A stretch of 64,000 nucleotides of DNA from an uncultured Ignavibacteria bacterium (GTDB taxonomy: Bacteria; Bacteroidota; Ignavibacteria; Tepidaquicellales; OLB5): the NCBI GenBank assembly GCA_937873695.1, contig CALMYL010000008.1:173369-237368 (forward strand), read 5' to 3'. Under the pieces are notes generated by a model. It saw only the letters and a list, made by a program, of their open reading frames with translations, was not told the origin of the DNA and made no database searches. Positions within the stretch are counted from its first letter, which is position 1. Each line of letters opens with the position of its first letter. A program made the translations under genes and the position numbers. Positions 1 through 10,104 of this stretch are shown one piece after another.

Positions 1-1
1 A

Positions 2-2833
2 AGCGGCGGTACAAGACAGAAATTGGCAGGCGGAAGAACATATACAATAGTGTATGATTCATGGGCCAGCTGGCCGGTTGATCTTGGTGCACCATACGTT
101 GAAGTAAACGGAATTCCCGGTTACCAGCCTGAATTTGACGGCGACAGACCGGGTATAGGTAACAGCATTGCTCGTCCGGATGAGATTATCTGGAGCGTGT
201 TTATGGATTATACAAACTGTACCAACAACATACATTTTTCAGAACTTTCATTACCGGGCGGTACATTGCCTATGGGAGCTGAAGTACAGCAAACTTCGTT
301 TGCATTCTTAGCCCCGGGTCTTTTGAATATGTATTTTGTTAAATGGAAGATCATTAACAAGAGTAATGATGTTTGGGACAGCACGTTTACAGCTATTGCC
401 TGCGATCCGGATTTAGGAAATTCAGGTGACGATGCTGTAGGATGCGATTCGACACAGAATATTGGTTTCTGCTACAACCAGGATAATGAAGATCCCGATT
501 ATGGCAGCGCACCACCTGCAGTAGGATTTAAATATCTTCAGAGCCCGATTGTTTATACGGGTGACCCGAATGATACTGCAAAATTACCATATGGTAATCT
601 TATTGGTTACAAATCCGTTGGTCTTTCACTCTTCACTACATTTATAAATGGACTTGATGCATGTCTTGGCGATCCTGACTTGGCTGAAAATGCATACAAT
701 TTTATGAAGTATGGTGAAGGCTGCGCTAATCCTCTGATCAACTGGACAACCGGCGGGCCATCTAAATACAAGTATAACGGTAATGCTTGTACAAAAACCG
801 GATGGTATGATAGTTTACCTGGTGATAAACGTTTTCTTCAGGTAAGCGGTCCGTTTGTTATGCAGTCTCAGGATACGCAGGTAATTGTAGTTGGAGCATT
901 TATCGAAAGAGGTTCTTCAAACAATCTTAGCGTTTGCGCGCTGCTTGAAGCAGGTTCCAGAGTGCAGAAATTCTACAACTCAAACTTCGCTGCAACACCG
1001 CTTCCGCCCGCTCCACAGGTGAATGCAGTTGCAAACGGCGACGGAAAGATCTCATTATACTGGGGTTCAAGATCAGAATCATATGATGTTTTTGATTCAT
1101 TAGGACTTACAGGACGCTGGAGATTCCAGGGATACAATGTTTACCAGGTAAAACCCGGAACATCAGGCGATAATGAATCAGACAGAACATTGCTTGCAGT
1201 ATATGATCTGGTAGATGGTATAAAATTGGTTTACGATACAGTTCGTGTTGGTCAGCCTAACGGTACCACTCAGGATGAATATAAACCAACCGCTTTCGGT
1301 AACGATAACAATATTTCGAGAGTTATAACTTTAACCTCAAATGCATATCCAACAGGAGTAAACGATTTCTTCATAAACGGTACTTCATACAGGTTTGCAG
1401 TTACGGCATATGGCGTTAACCTGAATGCAGGTAAGCCGTTTAAAGTTCTCGAAAATCCTGTATCATCACAGCTTATTAACATAATACCCAATTTCCCGAT
1501 GATGGGTACAAACTTTATCAACAAAAACCTGGATACACTTTCGATCAACAGGCCTGATAGAGTTTTCTATCCTATAGTAATTGATCCTATGAAGATCGTT
1601 TCTGCAACTTACAAGATGGTTTTCTCATCAGATACATCATGGAAAGTTGTCAGGATCCAGAATGCCCAGGTTGATACCATACTTGGCAATATGTACGGAA
1701 AATCAATACTGGACAACAATGCATATATTGCAGATGGACTTTTATTTAAGGCTGATACAATTAACAGCTTGAATTATGGAGTTATCAAAGATCCGGCAGC
1801 AGGCACACAGTCACTTAACAGAGGCTGGAACTACACCGGAGGTAACCTGAATCTTGCAGGCGCAGATACAGCTAGTCTGCGTGCATTGTATGCAAACTAT
1901 TCCGCGCCTCAAAGCATTTCAATGGGTCTTAGCTGGCCTTCAGGTTCTGCTTACAGAAGCGGTTATAATTCAAAGATCGATCTTGCATTCCTGAAAGTAT
2001 CTGCTTTAAAGAACGTAAAGATCACCTTTGGAACAACACAAAAAGCTTACAGATACAGGGGTTCAGTGATAAATTCGCCATACCAGGATTACGTAGATGT
2101 TCCTTTCAAAGTTGAAATTGATGATCCTCAGGATACAAATTCAACTGTACCAAGACAGTTAAATGTTGCTTTCTTTGATGGCGACAGCAGCGGAACATGG
2201 AATCCTAAAGCAACTGGTGATGGCGGTATTGAATATGTTTACATTATGTATTCAACATACGATCCGAATCCAAATACATTCTATACAACAAAGAATATCA
2301 GTTTCTCTGCTCAGTTCAGGCAGATGGATATCCAGTATGTATGGACACCAAGATTACTGAATAACGGCCCGGCTTATAATAACGGTGATGTACTGGAAAT
2401 AGTGCCTTACACAAGGTTACAGTATCAGCAGTCACCCGGAAAAGTAACCGAGGTAGTTACACAGAACACAACTGCTCCAACAATTGGCAGTACTGAATTA
2501 GCGTCTTCAAGAGGTGAATTGTCAACCGTAAGGGTAGTTCCTAACCCGTATTACGGCGGACATGCACAGGAAACAAGTCCGTTTGACAGATTTGTTAAGT
2601 TCATGAATATGCCTAAATCGGCAACTATATTCATTTATTCATTGAATGGAAATCTTGTAAGGCAAATCAACAAAGATGATAATACAACTTCGATCAATTG
2701 GGATCTGACGAATACTGATAGAATTCCGGTAGCAAGCGGAATCTATATAGCATTTATAGATGCCCCCGGAATTGGAACAAAGACCATTAAGTTGGCGATC
2801 TTCACTCCGGAAGAAAGAATTGACTCGTTCTAA
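2..2833 (+). CDS. Large secreted surface protein, 5'-truncated by the window edge, with a T9SS-like C-terminal sorting domain
   Basis: The frame is open from nt 2, so the TTG at 23 is probably internal. The visible N-terminus has no signal peptide. There is an FN3-like segment (PLPPAPQVNAVANGDGKISLYWG...GYNVYQV). The C-terminal ~90 aa (VRVVPNPYYG...IFIYSLNGNLVRQI...SGIYIAFI...KLAIF) resemble T9SS/FlgD-Ig-like tails. Confidence 0.6.
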   Translation, partial: SGGTRQKLAGGRTYTIVYDSWASWPVDLGAPYVEVNGIPGYQPEFDGDRPGIGNSIARPDEIIWSVFMDYTNCTNNIHFSELSLPGGTLPMGAEVQQTSFAFLAPGLLNMYFVKWKIINKSNDVWDSTFTAIACDPDLGNSGDDAVGCDSTQNIGFCYNQDNEDPDYGSAPPAVGFKYLQSPIVYTGDPNDTAKLPYGNLIGYKSVGLSLFTTFINGLDACLGDPDLAENAYNFMKYGEGCANPLINWTTGGPSKYKYNGNACTKTGWYDSLPGDKRFLQVSGPFVMQSQDTQVIVVGAFIERGSSNNLSVCALLEAGSRVQKFYNSNFAATPLPPAPQVNAVANGDGKISLYWGSRSESYDVFDSLGLTGRWRFQGYNVYQVKPGTSGDNESDRTLLAVYDLVDGIKLVYDTVRVGQPNGTTQDEYKPTAFGNDNNISRVITLTSNAYPTGVNDFFINGTSYRFAVTAYGVNLNAGKPFKVLENPVSSQLINIIPNFPMMGTNFINKNLDTLSINRPDRVFYPIVIDPMKIVSATYKMVFSSDTSWKVVRIQNAQVDTILGNMYGKSILDNNAYIADGLLFKADTINSLNYGVIKDPAAGTQSLNRGWNYTGGNLNLAGADTASLRALYANYSAPQSISMGLSWPSGSAYRSGYNSKIDLAFLKVSALKNVKITFGTTQKAYRYRGSVINSPYQDYVDVPFKVEIDDPQDTNSTVPRQLNVAFFDGDSSGTWNPKATGDGGIEYVYIMYSTYDPNPNTFYTTKNISFSAQFRQMDIQYVWTPRLLNNGPAYNNGDVLEIVPYTRLQYQQSPGKVTEVVTQNTTAPTIGSTELASSRGELSTVRVVPNPYYGGHAQETSPFDRFVKFMNMPKSATIFIYSLNGNLVRQINKDDNTTSINWDLTNTDRIPVASGIYIAFIDAPGIGTKTIKLAIFTPEERIDSF

Positions 2834-2871
2834 ACAGTATTGTAAATAAATCAATAAGGAGCTTAAAAAAA

Positions 2872-3936
2872 ATGAAATTATATCATAAAATAAAAAACGC
2901 TGCTAAATCAGCATTGATATTTACACTGCTGTTTGGTAGTATTAGCTTTGCAGGAGACCGTAGTAAATACGGTACTTCTGCAGCACCGGAATTATTGATT
3001 CCGGTGGGGTCAAGGGGCACCTCACTGAGCGGCTCTATGATCTCTTCAATTTCAGGTGTTGATGCTATGTACTGGAATCCTGCCGGTCTTTCTTTGATGA
3101 ACAATAAGACCGAAGTATTGGCTTCACACATGAAATATATTGCAGATATTAACATTAACTACGTAGCCGGCGCTGTGGATATGGGTAATTTAGGTGTAAT
3201 AGGTGCAAGTCTTAAATCACTGAGTTTTGGTGATGAGCTTGTAACAACACTTGAAAGTCCAAACGGTACAGGCGAAGTATGGTCTCCAACATATCTTACC
3301 ACTTCAATTTCTTACGCAAGAAAGATGTCGGATAAGATACTTTTTGGCGCAACCGTTAAAGTTATTTACGAGCAGATCCTGACAGTATCATCAACAGGTT
3401 TCGCAGTTGATTTCGGTCTTCAGTATCTTGCCGGTAAATCAGGTCTTAAGTTTGGTGTAGCTTTAAAGAACTTCGGACCTTCAATGACATTTGATGGCAG
3501 CGGTCTTGACCAGTATTATGAACCATATGGAACTCCTTCAGGTTCTACACCTGAACCAAGAAGAGTAACTTTGCAGGACTTTTCACTTCCTACAACACTT
3601 GAATTAGGTATATCCTATGATGTGCCGATAGGAAAGAAAAATAATGTACAGTTCTCAACAACATTCCAGAATAATAACTTTTCAAGTGATGAATACAGAG
3701 TTGGTTTGGAATATAACTATAACAACTACGTATTCTTAAGAGGCGCGTATGCCTTTACACCGGACTACAAAGCTGAAGATGGTCTTGCTAAAAAAGACCA
3801 GAATCTTTTTGGACCGTCATTTGGTGTAGGTTTACAGTATCCTTTTGGAACAGTAAAACTTGGACTTGATTATTCATACAGAATGACAGAGAAGTTCCAG
3901 CCCAACCAGTGGTTTTCTTTCACAATGGGCTTCTAG
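2872..3936 (+). CDS. PorV/PorQ-family-like outer-membrane beta-barrel protein
   Basis: It has a signal peptide (LLFGSISFAG). The N-terminal motif GTSAAPELLIPVGSRGTSLSGS...AMYWNPAGLS matches my recollection of the PorV/PorQ family. It shows an amphipathic strand pattern and an aromatic C-terminus (FTMGF). An AAGGAG sits upstream of the ATG. Confidence 0.5.
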   Translation: MKLYHKIKNAAKSALIFTLLFGSISFAGDRSKYGTSAAPELLIPVGSRGTSLSGSMISSISGVDAMYWNPAGLSLMNNKTEVLASHMKYIADININYVAGAVDMGNLGVIGASLKSLSFGDELVTTLESPNGTGEVWSPTYLTTSISYARKMSDKILFGATVKVIYEQILTVSSTGFAVDFGLQYLAGKSGLKFGVALKNFGPSMTFDGSGLDQYYEPYGTPSGSTPEPRRVTLQDFSLPTTLELGISYDVPIGKKNNVQFSTTFQNNNFSSDEYRVGLEYNYNNYVFLRGAYAFTPDYKAEDGLAKKDQNLFGPSFGVGLQYPFGTVKLGLDYSYRMTEKFQPNQWFSFTMGF

Positions 3937-3962
3937 TTCATCATTAAATTAATTTATAAAAT

Positions 3963-4000
3963 GAAAATGCCATTTACGTATGTGAATGGCATTTTCTGTT
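3963..4000 (+). terminator. Rho-independent terminator after the PorV-like gene
   Basis: A perfect 12-bp stem, GAAAATGCCATT (3963-3974) / AATGGCATTTTC (3985-3996), with a 10-nt loop and a T-rich 3' side. Confidence 0.6.
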
Positions 4001-4017
4001 ACTAATTCTTTAACAAT

Positions 4018-5385
4018 ATGCTCAACCGAATTTTTTACAAGATCCTCTTCTTTTTGCTTCTTAATTCAGCAGTAATTGCTCAACCCAATTTATCATTTGA
4101 ATATGACTATGCCATTTTCAGGGATGAAGGAACAAAAGTTTATCTTGAACTATATTATGCTTTTCCTTCAGCTGAATTGGTCTTTATTAAAAATTCTACA
4201 GGTTACGAAGCCAGTGGTAAACTTCAGCTTGATGTTATAAACAAAACAACAGGTAAAACCATTGTCGCAAAAGATTTCAAGATCCCTGTTATCGTTGCGG
4301 ATACATCCGGCAGCGGAAAAGACTTTAAGCTGACAGGTCAGATAAACCTGCTTCTTGATTCAGGAACCTATCTCTTCAAAATGAATGCCTCAGATTTCAA
4401 TGAATCCTCTAAAACCAATTCCGCGGAGGAAGAAATACTTCTTAAACCGTTCCAGGATGGTAAGCTGATGATGAGCACTATTGAATTGAGCACAGGCATC
4501 ACCAAAAGTGCAGATGAGGGGAGCCTGTTTTATAAGAACACACTGGAAGTTACCCCTAATCCGGGCAACTTGTTCGGCAATAATCTTTCCAAATTGTTCT
4601 ATTACCTTGAGCTCTATAACCTTAACAAGCAGGATTTGGGAGATAATTATTCAGTATCTGTGACAATTGCCAACAAAGACGGCTCGGAAATAAAGACCAA
4701 TACAAAGAAATACGAAGTTAAGTCAGAATCCAAAGTCGAATATGGCTCCGTTGATATAACAGGTCTTCCTTCCAACAGTTACCAACTTTTTGTTAAGTTA
4801 CTTGACAGCAAAGATAAGGAGTTGCTGAGGGCATATAAGTATTTCTATGTTTTCAGCAGTGATACAAATACCGTCAGCCAGCAGCTTACAGATATTGAAA
4901 ATGAATATTTGCTAAGCGAATATGCCAAAATGTCAGAAAAACAGGTAGATGAAGAGTTTAATAAAGCTATATACCTGATGAGCGATCAGCAGAAGGAAAG
5001 ATATGAAACTTTAAAAACGCTTGATGAAAAAAGGATGTATATGTTCAAATATTGGAAAGGAATTGCGCAGTACATTACAAAGAAAGAATACTTTTCGCGT
5101 TTAGATTTTGCGAATAAGAACTTTAAGAGCGATTTGCGTGAAGGATGGAAAACAGACAGAGGCAGAATCTACGCAATATACGGCAAGTATGACGAAATTG
5201 AAAGATTCCCGTATGAAGGTTCTACAAGGGCATACGAGATATGGACATACAATAAGCTTCAGGGCGGCGTGATTTTTGTATTTATGGATAACAGCTCCGG
5301 TTTTGGAGACTATGTACAGATCCATTCAACGGCACAGAATGAACCCAGTGATGACAACTGGAGGGAAAAACTGAATATCAGGTAA
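4018..5385 (+). CDS. GWxTD domain-containing secreted protein
   Basis: It has a signal peptide (LLLNSAVIAQ). The C-terminal region carries the eponymous motif REGWKTDRGRIYAIYG...YEIWTY (G-W-K-T-D). Confidence 0.7.
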   Translation: MLNRIFYKILFFLLLNSAVIAQPNLSFEYDYAIFRDEGTKVYLELYYAFPSAELVFIKNSTGYEASGKLQLDVINKTTGKTIVAKDFKIPVIVADTSGSGKDFKLTGQINLLLDSGTYLFKMNASDFNESSKTNSAEEEILLKPFQDGKLMMSTIELSTGITKSADEGSLFYKNTLEVTPNPGNLFGNNLSKLFYYLELYNLNKQDLGDNYSVSVTIANKDGSEIKTNTKKYEVKSESKVEYGSVDITGLPSNSYQLFVKLLDSKDKELLRAYKYFYVFSSDTNTVSQQLTDIENEYLLSEYAKMSEKQVDEEFNKAIYLMSDQQKERYETLKTLDEKRMYMFKYWKGIAQYITKKEYFSRLDFANKNFKSDLREGWKTDRGRIYAIYGKYDEIERFPYEGSTRAYEIWTYNKLQGGVIFVFMDNSSGFGDYVQIHSTAQNEPSDDNWREKLNIR

Positions 5386-5391
5386 CTGAAC

Positions 5392-5419
5392 AAAAGCCGG
5401 TTTTAAAACCGGCTTTTTT
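5392..5419 (+). terminator. Rho-independent terminator after the GWxTD gene
   Basis: AAAAGCCGGTTTT/AAAACCGGCTTTT is a perfect palindrome followed by a T-run, 7 nt after the stop codon. Confidence 0.7.
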
Positions 5420-5491
5420 ATGAGGCAATTTTAGGATTTAAACAAATAAATAATATACTGATATTTGCACAAATGCCAACTGAAGTGAAAA

Positions 5492-6415
5492 ATGTTTAAA
5501 TTCAAATATCACATATTGATAGCTTCATTCCTTCTATCTGCAGTATTGTGGATAAGCTTGAATTTAAATCAATCCTTTGAAATTGAAAAGACAGTTCCCG
5601 TTAAGATAAATATTAATAAGCCCTATGCTGTTTCAGGCAATATTCCTCTCAATATTGACGTGAAATTCCGCGGTGTGGGATGGAATCTTATCAGGCTTTT
5701 TACCTCTTTCAATCAGGAGTTTACTTATGACATTAATGCAAAGAAAAAAGACCAGTTTATCATACTTACAAAGGAATATCTGGATAATAATCTCGGCTTA
5801 AGCCAGAATCTTCAGATAATAGGAGTATCACCGGAAACTTTGTTTGTAAAGATCGAAAGCTATGAAGAGAAATATGTTAAGATAATTCCGAATCTCCAGA
5901 TAAACTGCATGGAGGGATACCAGGTCGTAGGTAGACCTGAGATTCGGCCTGACAGCATAAAGATAGGCGGCGCAATTGATATTTTGAGGATGCTTGACCA
6001 TCTGTATACCAGGAATATGTTATTTGATAAAGTAAATGCCGGTATTTCAAGGAAAATTAACGTCTCCGATAGTCTTTCGAATATACTTTGGTTTTCACAA
6101 AATGAACTTGACCTTAAGGTGAATATTGAGCCAACTGCTGAAAAAGAATTTGCCGATATTGAAATTAAAGTTACTGAACTACCGGATGATAAAGAGGTGC
6201 TGCTGATACCGCAGTCTGTTACAGTACAGCTAAAAGGCGGTGTAAATCAGCTTGCGGGAATTGAGCCAGGTAAGATCAAAGCGCACATAGATTACCGCAA
6301 AATATTATCAGATTCAACAGGTTCACTGACTCCGGTTTTTGATATTCCGGCAGGCAGCACGGTGATCTCGGCAAAACCCGAAACTATACAATACGTAATA
6401 AAAAAGAAATATTAA
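5492..6415 (+). CDS. YbbR-like domain membrane protein
   Basis: It has an N-terminal TM helix. This is followed by repeated modules of the type 'VPVKININKPYAVSG...IDVKFRG', 'PEIRPDSIKIGGAIDIL' and 'LIPQSVTVQLKGGVNQL', which are typical of YbbR repeats. Confidence 0.45.
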   Translation: MFKFKYHILIASFLLSAVLWISLNLNQSFEIEKTVPVKININKPYAVSGNIPLNIDVKFRGVGWNLIRLFTSFNQEFTYDINAKKKDQFIILTKEYLDNNLGLSQNLQIIGVSPETLFVKIESYEEKYVKIIPNLQINCMEGYQVVGRPEIRPDSIKIGGAIDILRMLDHLYTRNMLFDKVNAGISRKINVSDSLSNILWFSQNELDLKVNIEPTAEKEFADIEIKVTELPDDKEVLLIPQSVTVQLKGGVNQLAGIEPGKIKAHIDYRKILSDSTGSLTPVFDIPAGSTVISAKPETIQYVIKKKY

Positions 6416-6431
6416 ACTATCCGGATAATTT

Positions 6432-7199
6432 TTGAATTCATTAAAAACAGAACTTGGTTCTCTTTGGACTGCAATAAAAACTCTTAGCTTTAAAGAGACA
6501 TTTATTTTTTTATCTGTTGCTGTGATCACATTTCTTTCGATGCATTACGCATCACCTAATTTCTTCAGGAAAGTATTTGATACCAGTGATGATAAATTTT
6601 ACTCATTCCTGTATTGGTGCTCTGCTGACGGGTTTTTGATGTTTATTATCCCGATGATTCTGATACCCCTGGTATTGAAAGGTAAACCTGCTGATTATGG
6701 CTTCAGGCTTGGTGATTACAAATTCGGGCTGAAATCTTCGCTGCTTTTTGTTATTGTTATGATCCCATTTCTTTGGATCGCATCCGGTAATGAGAGTTTT
6801 GCCAGAACTTACCCGCAAGGGGGACCCTTTGTAAGGGAAAATATATCAGTACTTTTATATTATGAGTTGTTTGTGGGTTTTTATATGCTTGCCTGGGAGT
6901 TCTTTTGGAGGGGTTACATGTTGTTTGGACTGAAACAAAGATTTGGATTTTATGCAATTTTTATCCAAATGATCCCGTTCTTTATATTACACAGGGGTAA
7001 GCCGGATATCGAAACTTTTGCTTCTATTTTCGCGGGGCTTATACTTGGTATTCAGGCATGGCGAGCCAATTCATTCATTTATTGCTTTCTTGTTCATTGG
7101 GCCGTTATGATTTTTGTGGATGTGATCTCCGTTCTGCGATATAAGTCGCAGTCTTATGGTATTGGAATAGATGCATTTATTAAACTATTTACAAATTAA
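6432..7199 (+). CDS. CPBP-family intramembrane protease (CAAX-protease-like)
   Basis: It is a multi-TM protein with an E-x-x-x-R motif (WEFFWRGY) and a later FLVHW histidine motif. The start codon is TTG. Confidence 0.6.
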   Translation: MNSLKTELGSLWTAIKTLSFKETFIFLSVAVITFLSMHYASPNFFRKVFDTSDDKFYSFLYWCSADGFLMFIIPMILIPLVLKGKPADYGFRLGDYKFGLKSSLLFVIVMIPFLWIASGNESFARTYPQGGPFVRENISVLLYYELFVGFYMLAWEFFWRGYMLFGLKQRFGFYAIFIQMIPFFILHRGKPDIETFASIFAGLILGIQAWRANSFIYCFLVHWAVMIFVDVISVLRYKSQSYGIGIDAFIKLFTN

Positions 7200-7210
7200 A
7201 TTTTACCGAA

Positions 7211-7933
7211 ATGAGACTTTGTATTAATATTGATCATATTGCGACCTTAAGACAGGCAAGGTTGGAAAAAGAACCTGATCCGGTTTTTGCCGCTTATATC
7301 TGTGAAATGGCCGGAGCTGATGGTATCGTTTGCCACTTAAGAGAAGACAGAAGGCATATTGTTGATAGAGATGTTCATATTCTGAAGGAGACAGTTAAGA
7401 CCAAATTGGACCTTGAAATGGCAGCCACAGATGAAATGGTTAAGATAGCTTGTGAGATAAAACCATACATGGCAACTTTGGTTCCTGAAAAAAGACAGGA
7501 ACTTACTACCGAAGGCGGACTGGACCTTGTTGCAGCCGAATTTAAAGTAACACCGGCATTAGAAAAACTCAAAGAAGCCGGTATCAAAACAAGTGTTTTT
7601 ATAGAGCCAAATCCGGAAAGTGTTGACCAGGCTCTTGAAATGGGTGCTGATATGATAGAGATCCATACCGGTAAATACGGCTTGCTAAGTGAACCGCTTG
7701 AAGTATTGGCCGAACTTGAAAGGATAAGCCAGACCGCTAAGCTTGCCAAAGAACTTGGTATTGGCGTGAATGCAGGTCATGGTCTTAATTATCTTAACAT
7801 CACTGCTATTGCCAATATTTCTGAAATAGATGAAGTAAGCATAGGGCACTCAATTATTGCACGTGCAGCTTTTACCGGGCTTGAAAATGCAGTAAAGGAT
7901 ATGCTTACTATAATCAGAAGAGTAAGACAGTAA
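7211..7933 (+). CDS. pdxJ: Pyridoxine 5'-phosphate synthase
   Basis: It resembles E. coli PdxJ over its full length (INIDHIATLRQAR, HLREDRRHI, LVPEKRQELTTEGGLD, VNAGHGLNY, IGHSIIARA). Confidence 0.95.
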   Translation: MRLCINIDHIATLRQARLEKEPDPVFAAYICEMAGADGIVCHLREDRRHIVDRDVHILKETVKTKLDLEMAATDEMVKIACEIKPYMATLVPEKRQELTTEGGLDLVAAEFKVTPALEKLKEAGIKTSVFIEPNPESVDQALEMGADMIEIHTGKYGLLSEPLEVLAELERISQTAKLAKELGIGVNAGHGLNYLNITAIANISEIDEVSIGHSIIARAAFTGLENAVKDMLTIIRRVRQ

Positions 7934-8679
7934 TGGATTTTTCTTCTGAACTTCTTGAAAATCTCAGGAACGCAGAAAAAGTCGCTGTACTTACTGGCGC
8001 AGGAGTATCGGCAGAAAGCGGTGTCCCGACTTTTCGTGACCCCGGCGGGATCTGGGAGAAATTCAGACCTGAACAGCTTGCCAACTTTGAAGCGTTTATG
8101 AAAGATCCTGACTTTGTCTGGAGCTGGTATCAGCACAGGCGAGAGATCATGAGAGAAGTAACACCTAATAAAGGTCATTTAGCCCTCTCCGAAATGGAAA
8201 AAGTTTTTACGAACTTTGATCTCATTACTCAGAATATAGATAATCTGCATTTCAGAGCGGGGAGTAAAAGAGTTATTGAACTGCACGGAAATATTGAAAG
8301 AAACTTCTGCTTAAAGTGCCGCACGTTTTTTGATGTTATTGATCTGCAGGAAAAAAAAGTACTGAAATGCGATAAATGCGGCGGACTTATCAGGCCTGAT
8401 GTAGTTTGGTTCGGCGAAATGCTGCCGATGAAAGAACTGAGATATGCAGAAAAAAGGGCGGCTGAGTCAGATGTATTCTTTACAGTAGGCACTTCTGCTG
8501 AAGTTTATCCGGCAGCAATGCTGCCCGTTATTGCTAAAAGGGCGGGCGCTTATGTAGTAGAAGTGAATATCAAACCAACAGCAATTTCCGGAGAGCTTGA
8601 TGAGATCCTGACAGGAAAGAGCGGTGAAATTCTTGAAGAATTGCTAAAAAGGATAAAAGAAATAAGGAATATCAAATAG
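7933..8679 (+). CDS. cobB: NAD-dependent protein deacylase, Sir2 family
   Basis: It has the GAGVSAESGVPTFRD and QNIDNLH motifs and a Zn ribbon (CLKC...CDKCGG). Its ATG overlaps the pdxJ stop (TAATG). Confidence 0.85.
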   Translation: MDFSSELLENLRNAEKVAVLTGAGVSAESGVPTFRDPGGIWEKFRPEQLANFEAFMKDPDFVWSWYQHRREIMREVTPNKGHLALSEMEKVFTNFDLITQNIDNLHFRAGSKRVIELHGNIERNFCLKCRTFFDVIDLQEKKVLKCDKCGGLIRPDVVWFGEMLPMKELRYAEKRAAESDVFFTVGTSAEVYPAAMLPVIAKRAGAYVVEVNIKPTAISGELDEILTGKSGEILEELLKRIKEIRNIK

Positions 8680-9422
8680 TGCCGTCTATTCTAAAGGCAA
8701 ATAACCTCTTCAAACAGTACAGCAAACGGACCGTTGTTGACGGTGTTTCTGTATCTGTGAAGCAGGGTGAAATCGTCGGTTTGCTGGGTCCCAACGGGGC
8801 AGGCAAAACAACCACCTTTTATATGATTACAGGGATGATAAAGCCCAATTCCGGGGAGATACTGATTGATGGTGAGGATATTTCCAATGAACCGATGTAC
8901 AAGCGGGCCAGGCTTGGCATAGGGTACCTTCCGCAGGAAGCTTCGATCTTCAGAAAGATGTCTGTTTTCCAGAATATTTATTCTGTTCTGGAATTTATGG
9001 CTATGGATAAAAGCGAGAGAGAAGATAAGGCAAATGAACTTATGAAGGAGTTTGGTATTTCACATATTGCCGGAAGCAAAGGTTTTGTGCTCTCGGGAGG
9101 TGAAAGAAGAAGAACTGAGATTGCAAGGGCAATTGCTTCTGATCCCAAATTCATCCTTCTGGATGAACCGTTTGCCGGAATTGACCCGATAGCGGTTGAA
9201 GAAATAATGAAAATTGTGGCTAAACTGAAGAACAAGGGGATCGGGGTACTGATCACAGACCACAATGTCCACGAGACTCTTTCAATAGTTGATAGAGGCT
9301 ATATTCTGATAGAAGGAAAAATTTTCCGGCAGGGTTCTTCGGAAGTGCTTGCCGGTGACGAAATGGTTAGAAAATTATACTTAGGAGAGACATTTAAGCT
9401 TGACAGGTATCATACAAAATAG
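8679..9422 (+). CDS. lptB: LPS export ABC transporter ATP-binding protein
   Basis: It has Walker A GPNGAGKTT, signature LSGGERRR and Walker B ILLDEPFAGIDP. The overall length and the LptB-type N-terminus fit. Its GTG start overlaps the preceding stop. Confidence 0.85.
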   Translation: MPSILKANNLFKQYSKRTVVDGVSVSVKQGEIVGLLGPNGAGKTTTFYMITGMIKPNSGEILIDGEDISNEPMYKRARLGIGYLPQEASIFRKMSVFQNIYSVLEFMAMDKSEREDKANELMKEFGISHIAGSKGFVLSGGERRRTEIARAIASDPKFILLDEPFAGIDPIAVEEIMKIVAKLKNKGIGVLITDHNVHETLSIVDRGYILIEGKIFRQGSSEVLAGDEMVRKLYLGETFKLDRYHTK

Positions 9423-10104
9423 AACGCTGCTTGCAGTATCTGCCCACCCTGATGACATTGAGTTTTCCTGCGGCGGTACGATGTTCAAATTCAAGGAACT
9501 TGGATATGAAATATATTTTATTGTGGCAACAAACGGTGAAAACGGATTTAAAATAGCCCATAAACCTCGCTCTCAAAGGGTTAAGATCAGGCATAATGAA
9601 CAGCTGAAAGCCGCAAAACTTCTTGGAGTAAAAAAAGTCTTTTTTCTGAACCACAGGGATTGTTTTTTGAGATGTGATGACAAATTAAGGGAACAGATTG
9701 CGCTGGTGATCAAAAAAGTTAAGCCTGAAATTATATTTTCTTTTGATCCTTCCAACAGGTCCTTTGAAAGTGTGAATTTGCTTCACAGAGATCACCGAGT
9801 GATTTCTGAAGCAGTTTTTGACGCAGTCTTTGCGGCAAGGAACAGATATTTGCTGCCCGGTGAGACGCATTATGTTAAAAAATTATGGTTCTTTGGCTGC
9901 GATAAGCCAAATCACTTCGAAAATATTACCGGAGAAATAAATGATAAGATCAAACTTATTGAGGCCCATCGCTCACAATTTAGTGATCATGAAAGTATGC
10001 AGAAATGGGTGAAAGTCCATCTTTCTAAATATACAAAAAAGTATAAGTACAGCGAAAAATTCAGAATAGTATCTGTTACACAGCCGTTCACGGGAGGAGA
10101 TTGA
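9400..10104 (+). CDS. PIG-L/LmbE-family deacetylase
   Basis: It has the AHPDDIEFSCGGT motif and a downstream HRDH. The TTG start overlaps the lptB 3' end, so the exact start is uncertain. Confidence 0.75.
   Translation: MTGIIQNRTLLAVSAHPDDIEFSCGGTMFKFKELGYEIYFIVATNGENGFKIAHKPRSQRVKIRHNEQLKAAKLLGVKKVFFLNHRDCFLRCDDKLREQIALVIKKVKPEIIFSFDPSNRSFESVNLLHRDHRVISEAVFDAVFAARNRYLLPGETHYVKKLWFFGCDKPNHFENITGEINDKIKLIEAHRSQFSDHESMQKWVKVHLSKYTKKYKYSEKFRIVSVTQPFTGGD

Noticed and set aside
1270-1548. Many 60-185 aa ORFs lie antisense to, or out of frame within, long well-supported genes. Examples are 1270-1548, 7375-7749, 16440-16835, 25333-25803, 42879-43436, 55816-56214 and 61101-61619.
   Set aside because: Each is fully nested in a gene with strong motif support on the other strand or in another frame. 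They have low-complexity or Ser/Leu/Ile-rich translations and no recognisable motifs. I treat them as ORF-finder noise.
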